The notes: generated by a model from the sequence alone, not told the origin. A stretch of DNA of 63,900 nucleotides, filler included, from Octopus bimaculoides (GCF_001194135.2; 8 parts of 6 records of this genome joined end to end with filler, not necessarily neighbours in it); one strand, 5' to 3'. Positions 25,412 to 37,674 are shown, counted from the first letter of the whole stretch. Made by a program: numbers and translations.

Positions 25412-26707
25412 TTCTTGATAAATTGAGCCACAGTTAGCTGTAGTAAACTAACCAGCAGCAAGAAGACAGACAATTTTTAGTGCACCTTTTCTAGCACCTT
25501 CCCAGTATATCCAGGTGACCAGTGCTCAGATACAGGATTCTCCACAGAAAACAGTTCCTGTCAATGAAAACATGTTAGCGATTTTAAGATAAGAACCCTG
25601 TCGCCTTATGTGCAGATTTGTAACTGTATGCTTTCAACCAGTAAAGTTTGCATACATTGCTACGGCTCTATCACCATTGAACTTTTGAAAAGTGATAACT
25701 GTACGATGGTGTTTTCTTGGGGACATCTGTATTTCATTGGATTTCAGTGACAAATGCTTGTACAACACTTTTGCCACTGTCTGGATCAAAATAGTAGATT
25801 CCAGTGACAAGCAAAGCAAGATGACCAGTACTAAGTTGACTGCAGGTTTTATATCAGAGTACCTTCTCCTAGGCTTTTCCTCAAAAGGATACTGCACACC
25901 AGCAGTGGTAAGTCAATTTGAATTCAGAGCTTTATTCTCCTATACTGGTTGTCCTAATCATGGCTTCATTTCAAAACCCAGTCTTCCCCCATCAACAGTC
26001 ATGGCTTTGACAGTGCAGTCAGTTAAGAGACTGCCATTACTATGACCTGATTTTATGTCAGAGTGTCCCTCTCGTAGAAGAGTTGCCTTCACCACAGCTA
26101 ATGAACCTCATCTCCCTGCCCCCAATATACATATGTATACATTAAAAAAAATACATATATATAACATTTGTAATTTTTACAATTTAAAATTGTTTTTTAT
26201 TTATAAAAATAAATAAATACAGATAAATAAATAAATAAATTCACAATTAAAACTATAAATAAAATAAAATAAATAGATATAAATATATAAATATATAAAA
26301 AAATAAATATAGCAAAAATCTAAAAAGATATATAAAAAAATATATATATACACAAATACACACCCATGTACACATAATACTGAATGGCTGCTGACTACAC
26401 GAGTTCTTCCACCCTTTGACAGGTTTTATTTTTTGTCCTGCAGGGAGTCCAACAAACACCCTCCACACCAAGTCAGCTTGGTGGGGTTGCCAGCTTAGTT
26501 ACCGATGACAAGTGCTCTTAACTACTATGCTATATGCCCATGGGCAAGTGCTCTTAACCACTGTGCCATATGCCATGGCTACTAACCCCAAGATTCTGAG
26601 TTCGATTCCAGGCAGTGACCTGAATAATAATAGTAATAATAATAATAATAACAACAACATTGAAAAATACCTTAGGAATGAGAACCCAGGTTTGAAATTT
26701 CCCCAAG

Positions 26708-26751
26708 ACACCTAATGAAGGCTGGAGGGTATATCAGACGAAATGCTGTGT
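26708..26751 (+). ncRNA. Degenerate type I hammerhead motif
   Basis: ACAC-CTAATGA-A-GGCTG..CAGAC-GAAA-TGCT-GTGT; stems I and II are recognisable, but G5 and the cleavage triplet are mutated. Confidence 0.5.
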
Positions 26752-26789
26752 TAACAACAAACAAGATGAGGACAAATATCCGTCAAGTG

Positions 26790-27066
26790 TAAATATAGAA
26801 CTGTATTGCCCCATTTATTCCACAGTCTTCAAAATCATTTGGACGAAAAAAATATAAATTCTGTAGACAAGGTCAGAACAGTACTGGAGTTCAGAACAAT
26901 ACAAGGACAAGTGAATTTTGGAAGAGGGGCCTTGCAAGTCTACCACATAGACAGAAGAGCATTGTAGAAAATGAAGGAGGGTATATTTTAGATTAAAAAG
27001 GAACTTTATCTTAATTTTGAAAAATAAAAGAAGTAAAAAAAACGCATTATTTATGGGATGACCCAA
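26790..27066 (+). mobile_element. Mariner 3' fragment with right TIR
   Basis: Frameshifted HLDEKNINSVDKVRTVLE..ENEGGYILD C-terminus; ends TTATTTATGGGATGACCCAATA|TA. Confidence 0.7.
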
Positions 27067-27205
27067 TATATATATTACACACACACATACATATTTTAAC
27101 TTGGCAGTGAATGTTTTTCTTCGCTATTTTTACTGCAAATTAAATTTTTCAGAAAAAGCAATGACATTTGGAAGGAGAAAAAAAAACAAAAACAAAAATC
27201 TTTAC

Positions 27206-27280
27206 CTTTCTTCCCAATGTGTTGGTAAAAATATTCTAAACTTTCAGCACGGCTTCTTCGACTCATAAATTCAAATATAA
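27206..27280 (-). CDS. Candidate internal exon (75 nt), gene unidentified
   Basis: Acceptor tacttctttttatttcAG and donor AAG|GTAAAG; the single open frame reads IFEFMSRRSRAESLEYFYQHIGKK (phase 1 to 1). Confidence 0.55.
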
Positions 27281-29713
27281 CTGAAATAAAAAGAAGTACA
27301 TGGTAAAATCTGAAGAATCTGGAAACTTCTTGGGGAAAAATATGAATATTCTATGGCAAACTGATGTTAGAGTTCTTTTTTGTATATCTTCTCTAAGATT
27401 GGTTTCTTTTAGCACCAAGAGATCTTTATCTAAATATCTTTACTGATACAATCTCTTGCAGGCTATAAATATACTTGGACCATGAAGGTAACCTTGGTGG
27501 TAAGAACTTGTACCTCATTTTACTAAAATCATCAACAGGTTGGAAACCACCTATGTGAGTATGTGAGCAGGTAGTGTTGTCTAAATTTGGCAGTGTCGTT
27601 GGCTCAGCAGAAAGTCTGAAGACTCCTGGTAGTTATACACTGTAGAATGAAATGCAAGAAAAGTCTTTCATTAAAGATAAATAAGTTAAACCATAATTTC
27701 TAGGAATGATAACAATGCTCTGCTTGCTGGTTTACTATCTTTTAAAACCTTTCACCACCACAACCATCTAGATTCACACAACACAACTCCAAAAAGCATT
27801 TAACTGAAAACCAGATGCAGAGGCTCTGTTCACAAAACTATTGTAGGATTGTAATCTCCAATAGCTACTAAGATTATTCAGCATAAAATGATATTTTATA
27901 TACTAAATATAGCCAAAGGACAAAAATATGAAAATACCTGTCAAGGTAGTGGAGTAGTCCTGGTCACTAAATACAAATATGGTAGAGTCTCACAAATGTA
28001 ATACAGTGGGTGAGTTGATAAACCTCAAGAAATAGAAATTATTGTAATAATTACTAGACAAAAACATCCTCTAGGCAGTCTTTGATTTGCTGATGGTAAA
28101 GAGGAATGCTAAACCTTGTCAATCTTATTGATTGTTGGGTAGGGAGAGGGGCTTTGAAGGTCCTTACGTATAGCCCTCTTTTTCTAGAACATATATTTTT
28201 ATTAAAAAGGGGAGAGAATGTTCACAAGATCTGTTGATTTAAACTTTTGGACAACCTGAGGAACCAGTTTTAGTAAAATGCGCAGAGATAATTTTGAAAT
28301 TAACTTGAATTGACATTAACAATTTTTTCATTATATTTAATTAATGGCTTAGTCAGTGGGTAAAAAGCATGTGGCTTAGTGGAGAGGATGTTGCACACAC
28401 ACTCACTAGATCATGGCATCATGCTTTCAGTTCCCAGACCAAGTGGTGTGTTGTGTTCTTGGGCAAAACACTTTATTCCACATTGTTCTAGTCCACTCAG
28501 CTATACACAAGTGATCCTGCAGTGAACTGATATCTCATTCAAGGGAAATATGATCTCAGTCATTTAGATACCAAGAAAACTAGGTAACCATTCCAATGAA
28601 TCCTAGAACTTGAGGCAGAACTTAATTTTTAGTCACTGAAAGAAAGGAACTGCCAATGACCTATTTCAGAGCCTCTGAGATTGAGATGGAAGAGGTGGAG
28701 AAAGTTATTCTTGGGAAGGAAATTGGTCTAAATACTGTTGAAGATACCCAAGGGTCAGATAGTGGAATTAAACTGAGCTACAGAATACCTCTCTCTTCTA
28801 GCTTACTTGTTTTAGCCATTAGACTACAGCCATTCTGGGGCACCACCTTCAAGGGTTTTAGTCAAACAAATCAACCGCAATAAATATTTTTTTTTAATCT
28901 GGTACTTATTCTATTGACTCTTGTGCTGAACTGCTAAGGTACAAAGATATACACAGATTAACATGGGTTGTAAAGCGGTGGGGTATACACAAGCATGATG
29001 GGATTCTACACAGTATCCATCTATTAAATTCACACACAAAACATTGATTGACTAGGGGATACAGTGGATGACATTTGCACAAATACCGCACAGTTGGACT
29101 GAACTCAAAACTAGGTGGTTGCAACGTGACATTCTTAACAACACAACCATACCTGCACATATATAGGAAAAATCTTATATGGAAATTGTTGTTGTTGATA
29201 TTTAATCCTACTTCAACCTTAAAAGAACATAACTATAAAGGGATGATAAGAGATATGCAGAGATATATATCAAAAAGTGATGCTAAATTATTAGAAGATA
29301 AGAGAGAGATGCAGTGATAAATATTTGGAAGACCTTGAAGGGTCTAATGCCCAATTTTGGAATTGACAGCTATACTGTCCTCAAACTGGACTGCACTGCA
29401 TCTTCCCCATCTAAAATAAGGACACAGTACTGCAACATTCTGAGTTTCAATAATAAGTAACTACAAGTGGTGAACCAGTGTGGACTCAGCCCCAGGCTGA
29501 AACCAGTAAAAGAAACACTATATATATATATATATATATANNNNNNNNNNNNNNNNNNNNNNNNNNNNNNNNNNNNNNNNNNNNNNNNNNNNNNNNNNNN
29601 NNNNNNNNNNNNNNNNNNNNNNNNNNNNNNNNNNNNNNNNNNNNNNNNNNNNNNNNNNATATATGGATAATAACAACAAATGGAGCAAAACGCATGTTGA
29701 TGAAAGTTACTTT

Positions 29714-29805
29714 AATTCCTACATATATGTTTCGAAACAAATGAGTGCCCTTTCACAAAGAAGAAAGGGTTGCTGGAGTCCTCATTTATTTCCCATCAGG
29801 GAGTT
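29714..29805 (-). ncRNA. Type I hammerhead ribozyme candidate (A9G, long stem II)
   Basis: AACTCC-CTGATGG-GAAATAAATGAG..CTCATTTGTTTC-GAA-ACATATATGT-A-GGAATT. Confidence 0.75.
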
Positions 29806-30589
29806 CATAATAAAACATGTAATAGCAAGACAAAAACGAAATAATGGGGTAACTTACGAGCTGAGATGTTACATGGTCAGTGACCATTAGAAGGTTTGTT
29901 TACATAGAGTTATAACGGGCTCAACGATATTGTTCCATGGGCTTTAGGAAGAAGAACACTAGTTTACATAGAAATATAAAGGGAGGGTGTTTTTGATGTG
30001 ATACTAAAGGTTGAGGTCAAAGAGTTATTTGGATATGGGGAGATGATTATAGTGAATGTTTACATATGTGTTTGCTAGCGCGCAGACACATATGTACAAA
30101 CACGTGCGTGTACGCACATACACATGCACATATGCATACACCCATGTACACATACCCACATACACCCATACACATATGTACATACACGCTCACCTATACA
30201 TACATGCCTGTATATATACCTACATTCCTGTATATATACAAACATGCAAATACCCACACCCGCACACACATACATACGTATATATGCACATACACACACA
30301 CACACATGCATGTATATATGTATATACACCTACATATGCTCCATCATTCCCACATAGCTCCATCATTCCACTAGGTTAGGTTCCAAGCAGTATTTTTATT
30401 ATAGTTATTATCAATTTTTCTTTTTTTTTTCTTTTTTTTTTTTACTAATATCCTATGAATAATTTCCACTTCTTCATCCACCACAACTTACCTTTTCCTC
30501 TTCTATAGTTGATTAATTTTTTCCTTCCCATAATTACAGCTAAAGCTACCTTGTATCACCAACTGCTTTGCCATAGATCTGACCTTCTC

Positions 30590-31720
30590 CTTATTAGCCT
30601 GGGCGACCAAGTTAGTAGTGGGGGTGGGTGCGCTGAAAGTGTAGCTGCTAGAATAAGAATAGCCTGGGCAAAGTTTAGAGAGCTCTTACCCCTGCTGGCG
30701 ACAAAGGGACTCTCACTCAGAGTAAAAGGCAGACTGTATGACGCATGCATACAAACAGCCATGCTACATGGCAGTGAAACATGGGCTGTAACTGCTGAGG
30801 ACATACGTAAGCTCGCAAGGAATGAAGCCAGTNNNNNNNNNNNNNNNNNNNNNNNNNNNNNNNNNNNNNNNNNNNNNNNNNNNNNNNNNNNNNNNNNNNN
30901 NNNNNNNNNNNNNNNNNNNNNNNNNNNNNNNNNNNNNNNNNNNNNNNNNNNNNNNNNNNNNNNNNNNNNNNNNNNNNNNNNNNNNNNNNNNNNNNNNNNN
31001 NNNNNNNNNNNNNNNNNNNNNNNNNNNNNNNNNNNNNNNNNNNNNNNNNNNNNNNNNNNNNNNNNNNNNNNNNNNNNNNNNNNNNNNNNNNNNNNNNNNN
31101 NNNNNNNNNNNNNNNNNNNNNNNNNNNNNNNNNNNNNNNNNNNNNNNNNNNNNNNNNNNNNNNNNNNNNNNNNNNNNNNNNNNNNNNNNNNNNNNNNNNN
31201 NNNNNNNNNNNNNNNNNNNNNNNNNNNNNNNNNNNNNNNNNNNNNNNNNNNNNNNNNNNNNNNNNNNNNNNNNNNNNNNNNNNNNNNNNNNNNNNNNNNN
31301 NNNNNNNNNNNNNNNNNNNNNNNNNNNNNNNNNNNNNNNNNNNNNNNNNNNNNNNNNNNNNNNNNNNNNNNNNNNNNNNNNNNNNNNNNNNNNNNNNNNN
31401 NNNNNNNNNNNNNNNNNNNNNNNNNNNNNNNNNNNNNNNNNNNNNNNNNNNNNNNNNNNNNNNNNNNNNNNNNNNNNNNNNNNNNNNGGTGGCACATAAA
31501 AGACACCACTTCGAGCGTGGCCGTTTTCGTGCGGGTGACACGTAAAAGCACCCACTACACTCTCTGAGTGGTTGGCGTTAGGAAGGGCATCCAGCTGTAG
31601 AAACTCTGCCAAATTAGATTGGAGCCTGGTGTTGCCATCCGGTTTCACCAGTCCTCAGTCAAATCGTCCAACCCATGCTAGCATGGAAAGCGGACGTTAA
31701 ACGATGATGATGATGATTAT
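30590..31720 (+). mobile_element. RTE-clade LINE 3' part with (GAT)n tail (gap inside)
   Basis: RIRIAWAKFRELLPLL..MLHGSETW; 3' UTR ends GGAAAGCGGACGTTAAAC(GAT)n; near-identical to 39430-40115. Confidence 0.88.
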
Positions 31721-32422
31721 TATTATTTCTCAGCTAACACCCTATACCTAATCGTAATATTTTTTATAGTCTTAAACAAAACACGTGTGTATTTGGGTAC
31801 ATATATGCATACGTGTGTTTGTGAGTGTGTGTGAGGGTGGACGTGTGTGGGTGTGTGAATGGGTACATGTGTGTGGGTGAGTATGTATATGTGTGTATAT
31901 TTATACATACATACAAGTGTGTATATATATACAAATGGGTGTGCGTGTGTGTATGTGCATATGTAGGTGTGTGCGTGAGTGGGTGTTTGCCCGTTTGTAT
32001 ATATACAGGAATGTATGTATATAAACAGGCAAGCAAGTAAAGGTGCACATGTGTGTGCACATGTATATGTGAAGGTTTCGGTATGGGTGTGTGTGTGTTT
32101 GTGTTTTTGTGTATGTGTGTGAATGGGTAGGTACACATAAGTATATGTATATGTGTATATGTATGTGCGCACATGTACGAGCACGGGGCGTGTGTGTGTG
32201 TGTGTGTAAGGATGCAGGTGCGTGCGTGTATGTATATATATATATATATATAATAATTTTCCAGAGGATGTAGCAACCGTTAGAACTTACCTTAGGGGAT
32301 CATTAACTAGATTCCTTAAGGGTCGTTCTCATAGTTTATATTTATATTATAAGGTTTTTAACTTTTAAATTTTCATATTCAAAAGAGACAGAGACTTTAA
32401 ACTCGATATATCGATTTATTCA

Positions 32423-32506
32423 CCACTCTATGTTAACATTTCTGTGCCAAACTTATCCAGTGACTGGTCCATTGGATTTTGACATTTGGCACTTCTTCAG
32501 GAGTGG
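32423..32506 (-). ncRNA. Type I hammerhead ribozyme candidate with canonical core
   Basis: CCACTC-CTGAAGA-A-GTGCCAAA..TTTGGCAC-A-GAA-ATGTTAACAT-A-GAGTGG; stem I is a perfect 6 bp, stem II has 8 bp, stem III is palindromic. Confidence 0.82.
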
Positions 32507-32761
32507 TTACCATCCGAACAAAACACGAAAAAACACATACATAACTATCATTAAATTCTTAAAATCCCGTTAGATTTCATCTTTGTTATTATAGGGGAGA
32601 TAACTCCTTAATTTTCTATTTTTATTGNNNNNNNNNNNNNNNNNNNNNNNNNNNNNNNNNNNNNNNNNNNNTTAATTAATTAANNNNNNNNNNNNNNNNN
32701 NNNNNNNNNNNNNNNNNNNNNNNNNNNAGAGAGAGAGAGAGAGAAACAAGAAGAGAATATA

Positions 32762-32803
<42 letters not shown>

Positions 32804-33044
32804 GTAGTGTAGTGAGGATAGCAAAAAGGAAGTTGCACCAGCTAACAGTATTGAAGGAAATGGGATGGTTTTATTTCATAAATAAATAAATACACACACA
32901 CACACATATATACATACATATATTTATTCATTTATATGAGTGTGTATATGTGTGTATGCATGTAGCATGTATGTATGTACACATGACCGTTGACTGAACA
33001 CTATTCAATTTTTTTTCTCCGTGTTTTTCTCCTTGTCTCCGTAT

Positions 33045-33081
33045 TCTTTCTGTTGAAGAGCGTAGCTCGAAACGTCAAAGA
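33045..33081 (+). ncRNA. Minimal type I hammerhead motif (A6U) in a PLE pseudo-LTR-like repeat
   Basis: TCTTT-CTGTTGA-A-GAG-CGTAG-CTC-GAA-ACGT-C-AAAGA. Confidence 0.7.
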
Positions 33082-33488
33082 CTTTCCGTATTCCCGAGCG
33101 TCATACTAATATATACTTTTGTTATTTACACCACCTGTCCTCGTCTGTTGTTATTTTTTGTATATTCTCCCCCCTGTATATACTTATACATGCATACGTA
33201 CACATACGCACAGTCCGCCCTCCCATTCACACACACACCTACACACACACACACATATACCAAAGATAACAACAAGTACCGGGCTGCTTGATCTGGAGGT
33301 GCTAAATAGCCGATTTCCCTTCCTTTCGGAATTGTACGCTGCCATTATTATTGACCATTTGCTTTTAGGAAAGTTGTTGAAGTTTTTGACTGAATATCAT
33401 GTTAAATTATCAGCTAAGCAAATTACAAACAACCTACAGGAAATCCTTGATATATTTATATTTATATACACACCAATACGCTACACAC

Positions 33489-33522
<34 letters not shown>

Positions 33523-34418
33523 NNNNNNNNNNNNNNNNNNNNNNNNNNNNNNNNNNNNNNNNNNNNNNNNNNNNNNNNNNNNNNNNNNNNNNNNNNNNNN
33601 NNNNNNNNNNNNNNNNNNNNNNNNNNNNNNNNNNNNNNNNNNNNNNNNNNNNNNNNNNNNNNNNNNNNNNNNNNNNNNNNNNNNNNNNNNNNNNNNNNNN
33701 NNNNNNNNNNNNNNNNNNNNNNNNNNNNNNNNNNNNNNNNNNNNNNNNNNNNNNNNNNNNNNNNNNNNNNNNNNNNNNNNNNNNNNNNNNNNNNNNNNNN
33801 NNNNNNNNNNNNNNNNNNNNNNNNNNNNNNNNNNNNNNNNNNNNNNNNNNNNNNNNNNNNNNNNNNNNNNNNNNNNNNNNNNNNNNNNNNNNNNNNNNNN
33901 NNNNNNNNNNNNNNNNNNNNNNNNNNNNNNNNNNNNNNNNNNNNNNNNNNNNNNNNNNNNNNNNNNNNNNNNNNNNNNNNNNNNNNNNNNNNNNNNNNNN
34001 NNNNNNNNNNNNNNNNNNNNNNNNNNNNNNNNNNNNNNNNNNNNNNNNNNNNNNNNNNNNNNNNNNNNNNNNNNNNNNNNNNNNNNNNNNNNNNNNNNNN
34101 NNNNNNNNNNNNNNNNNNNNNNNNNNNNNNNNNNNNNNNNNNNNNNNNNNNNNNNNNNNNNNNNNNNNNNNNNNNNNNNNNNNNNNNNNNNNNNNNNNNN
34201 NNNNNNNNNNNNNNNNNNNNNNNNNNNNNNNNNNNNNNNNNNNNNNNNNNNNNNNNNNNNNNNNNNNNNNNNNNNNNNNNNNNNNNNNNNNNNNNNNNNN
34301 NNNNNNNNNNNNNNNNNNNNNNNNNNNNNNNNNNNNNNNNNNNNNNNNNNNNNNNNNNNNNNNNNNNNNNNNNNNNNNNNNNNNNNNNNNNNNNNNNNNN
34401 NNNNNNNNNNNNNNNNNN

Positions 34419-34473
<55 letters not shown>

Positions 34474-35093
34474 CATCTATCAGTTAATCAATTAATTTCT
34501 CTATCTCTCTATCTCTCCCTTTTCTCTATCTCCCTTTTTCTCTATCTCTCCCTTTTTCTCTCTCGATACATGCATACATACATACATACATACATACATA
34601 CATACATACATACATACATACATACGCACGCACACAGAGCAATCTTCATTTTAGGATGCTAACACAACCAGTTACTTTTCGAATACTTTTCCCACTATCT
34701 TCTAAGAAAATTGATTGAGCAACATCGTCATGCAATTCTTATTTATTCAAGCGAGAAATTCAACTGACACATTATTGAAATCAGCCGATCTTAAGCGACT
34801 GGACGTTGTTCTAATTTTAAGATTTTCATTTCCCATTGTAGACTTTCTGGAGCTCTTTATGTTGTGTCGTTTCCCCTCCATAATGGGCTCCACTCCAGCA
34901 GAAGTCGAGAACATATAGCTTGATAGCAGCACACCGGATTGCCCGTGAGGACTGCGTAGGACCCCTTTTTCGTCGTTGAATAAATAAAAGGGAATTGTAG
35001 GTTTTATTGTTGTTACTCTTGTTGTTGTTGTTGTGCTTGTTGTTTTTTCATCTTTTTCGTCCACACCTTTTATCGATGCTGCCATTTCCCGAG

Positions 35094-35150
<57 letters not shown>

Positions 35151-35706
35151 CCCAGGATGCAGTACCAGGCAGTGACTCTCATGGCTTCTGATCTTAATTG
35201 ATTGGAAGTGTTATCATGTACATTGTTTTGTCTTGTTATAAAAGATGAGCTACAGCAAATATTCTGCTCAATACCACAGATTTGCTTGTCAGTTATTTGA
35301 CCTTAACCAGTTGAGCATGTCCTTTGGTGGCTGACGATACTTGCATCTCTGATCATGAGCAGAAGTAGTGGGGAGCTTCATAGCCATGTGTTGAGAGGAA
35401 TTCTTTGAAGTTTGAATAATTCACCTTTGGAAACATGGGATTTTTGCTCAACATCCTTAAAAACCTTTACTCAAGGACCATTTGCGTAAGATGGGCTACT
35501 CAACCTGGAGAAAATTCTAACTGGGCCCCACCTGCGAGGTCATGCGCTGTTTACCTTGATATGAGATCACCATGTTGCACACATATGGTTGTGATGCATG
35601 TCCTTGGTGTACCCTTATAAGAAGACGGAGAGTCATGATGGACATACTGGGCTTCGTATATTTTACCCTAGTGTCACTTTGATGGCATGCACTGCTCTCT
35701 CACTCA
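35151..35706. mobile_element. ~555-bp interspersed repeat embedded in (TAA)n on both sides
   Basis: Non-coding, flanked by TAA tracts; recognised from memory as a common octopus repeat; class unassigned. Confidence 0.5.
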
Positions 35707-35744
35707 GTAATAATAATAATAATGATAATAATGATGATGATGAT

Positions 35745-35933
35745 AATGGAGCTGCTATCAGACTCGAAGTTATCCAGAAGACAGCGTTGTTGGGTACAAC
35801 TCGCATTTTAAGGAGAGTATTGTCTCTTTGAGTCAGAGGAGAAGAAGGCACTATTTGAAACCTTTGGTGATTTGTTATTGCCTGCTTTCAAGTAAAGAAC
35901 AACCGGTAATTAAGAACTATCCGAGAGTCTTTC

Positions 35934-35990
<57 letters not shown>
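35745..35990 (+). mobile_element. R4/Dong-like LINE 3' end with (TAA)n tail
   Basis: IRLEVIQKTALLGTTRILRRVLSL*, then a UTR, then (TAA)n. Confidence 0.75.
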
Positions 35991-36232
35991 GACCTGGAAA
36001 CTCGAATGTGGAGTCTAAAAAAAGAAACAATTCCTATCAAAAACACCAGGACTTACAAATATATATAACATAAAGAAAATTGCACTACTGGGCACTGCAC
36101 ACATCCTACGCAAAACACTTTCAATACAGTAAGCATAAGAGCATCACAGCACACCACAGCACATACCCAAGGCACACAGAACTGCGCTCGGTAGTGAAGT
36201 TAAAGCACGTTATAAAAATAAAACTACTGAAC

Positions 36233-36288
<56 letters not shown>

Positions 36289-36310
36289 CAACAACAACAA
36301 CAACAACAAC
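35991..36310 (+). mobile_element. Second R4/Dong-like 3' end (different subfamily) with (TAA)n(CAA)n tail
   Basis: KIALLGTAHILRKTLSIQ*, then a distinct UTR, then (TAA)n. Confidence 0.7.
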
Positions 36311-36312
36311 AA

Positions 36313-36720
36313 TCTTTTCTACTATAGGTACAAGGTCAGAAATTTTGGAGAAGGGGGTAAGTCGATTACATCGATCCCAGTGTTCAACTGGTACTTATTT
36401 TAATCGATCTCGAACAGGATGAAAGGTGAAGTCGATCTCGGCGGAATTTGAACTCAGAACATAAAGACAGACGAAATGCCGCTAAGCATTTGGTCCGGCG
36501 TGCTAACGATTCTGCCAGCTCACCAACCAAAATAATAATAATGACGATGACACTGATAATGATGATGATTTCAGATTTTGACACAAGGCCAGCAATTTGG
36601 GATGGGGAGAAGCAAGTTGATGACATCGACCCCAGTGCTCAACTGATACTTTATTTATTGACCCCGAAATGATAAAAAGTAAAGTTGGCCCCGGCGGAAC
36701 TTGAACTCAGGACAAGAAGA
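36313..36720 (-). mobile_element. Two tandem Deu/Nin-domain SINE copies
   Basis: Both match 665-875 and are separated by an (ATN)n tract. Confidence 0.75.
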
Positions 36721-37590
36721 CGGACGCTAAACATCGTGAGTGCAACACACTTACCACCAGGCCATGAACCTTCTAATAATTCCTAATAGTTCATTGTTCA
36801 TTCCTAAAGAGGTCATTGGGTACTTAACACTAACGATTATTGTTTGACATAATACAGGCTGGATCACAGTAATCTCTGCTTATTCGTTCCAGTTTCATTT
36901 TATCAATTGTGGCTGATAAAACGAAGCAATTTCAATAAGAACAATGTAAATAGCTTGCTTATCAACCACAAGGTTATGGGTTCAGTCCCACTGCGAAGCA
37001 CCTTGGGCAAGTGCATTAGATTCCTTGGAAGAAAGCAACGAACGTATACGAAAACAAGGACGGAAAAAAACAAAAACTCAGAGAAATGTTACACAAATAC
37101 AAATAACAGGTGTCTTTCGACTAAGGACGAATTAAATTAAGCTGGTGCGTGTGGAAGTAAAGCCTTAGGTGGTGCTCCAGCATGACCGCCATCAAATGAC
37201 TGAATTCAGTAAAAGAAATGAATGCAATATATAATCTAAATTATATGAAGACAGAAAATTCCTTAATCTTTAATTTTTTCCTTATGGTAAATATGTTAAC
37301 ACGCCGCTATCAGTTCAGTGGCGCCCTCTATAAGACCTCTAATAGCATTTCTGGCTCGTTTTGCCTATTGTAGCTGAGGATGTCAAAGATAAATAACCCT
37401 TAGCTGATTGAAAAAGATTGAAAAAGAGAACCGTAACTATATATGCACGACAAACAGTCAAATTCTCATAGAAATGGCAGTGACCGTGTTGTATTATCAT
37501 TGCTTAGTCTCACTCAGCCCTGAAAAGGCAGCGCTATATTCGAAGACCATAGCATCAGTGATGGTTCTGAGATTAGAAAAAAAAACAGCC

Positions 37591-37674
37591 AACAACTGAT
37601 GAGGAGTCGTTCTTTATGCTGTTTGTTTTGCTTTCCGTTTGTGTGTTTCGTTGTTCGAAACAATAGTTCATGTT
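37591..37674 (+). ncRNA. Degenerate type I hammerhead-like motif
   Basis: CTGATGA at 37596 and GTTC-GAAAC-AATA-GTT at 37653-37668; stems I and II are poorly paired. Confidence 0.35.

Noticed and set aside
34747-35085. 112-aa minus-strand ORF with protein-like composition
   Set aside because: Its start lies in a (CAA)n-like tract, there is no convincing acceptor and no family was recognised; left unannotated.
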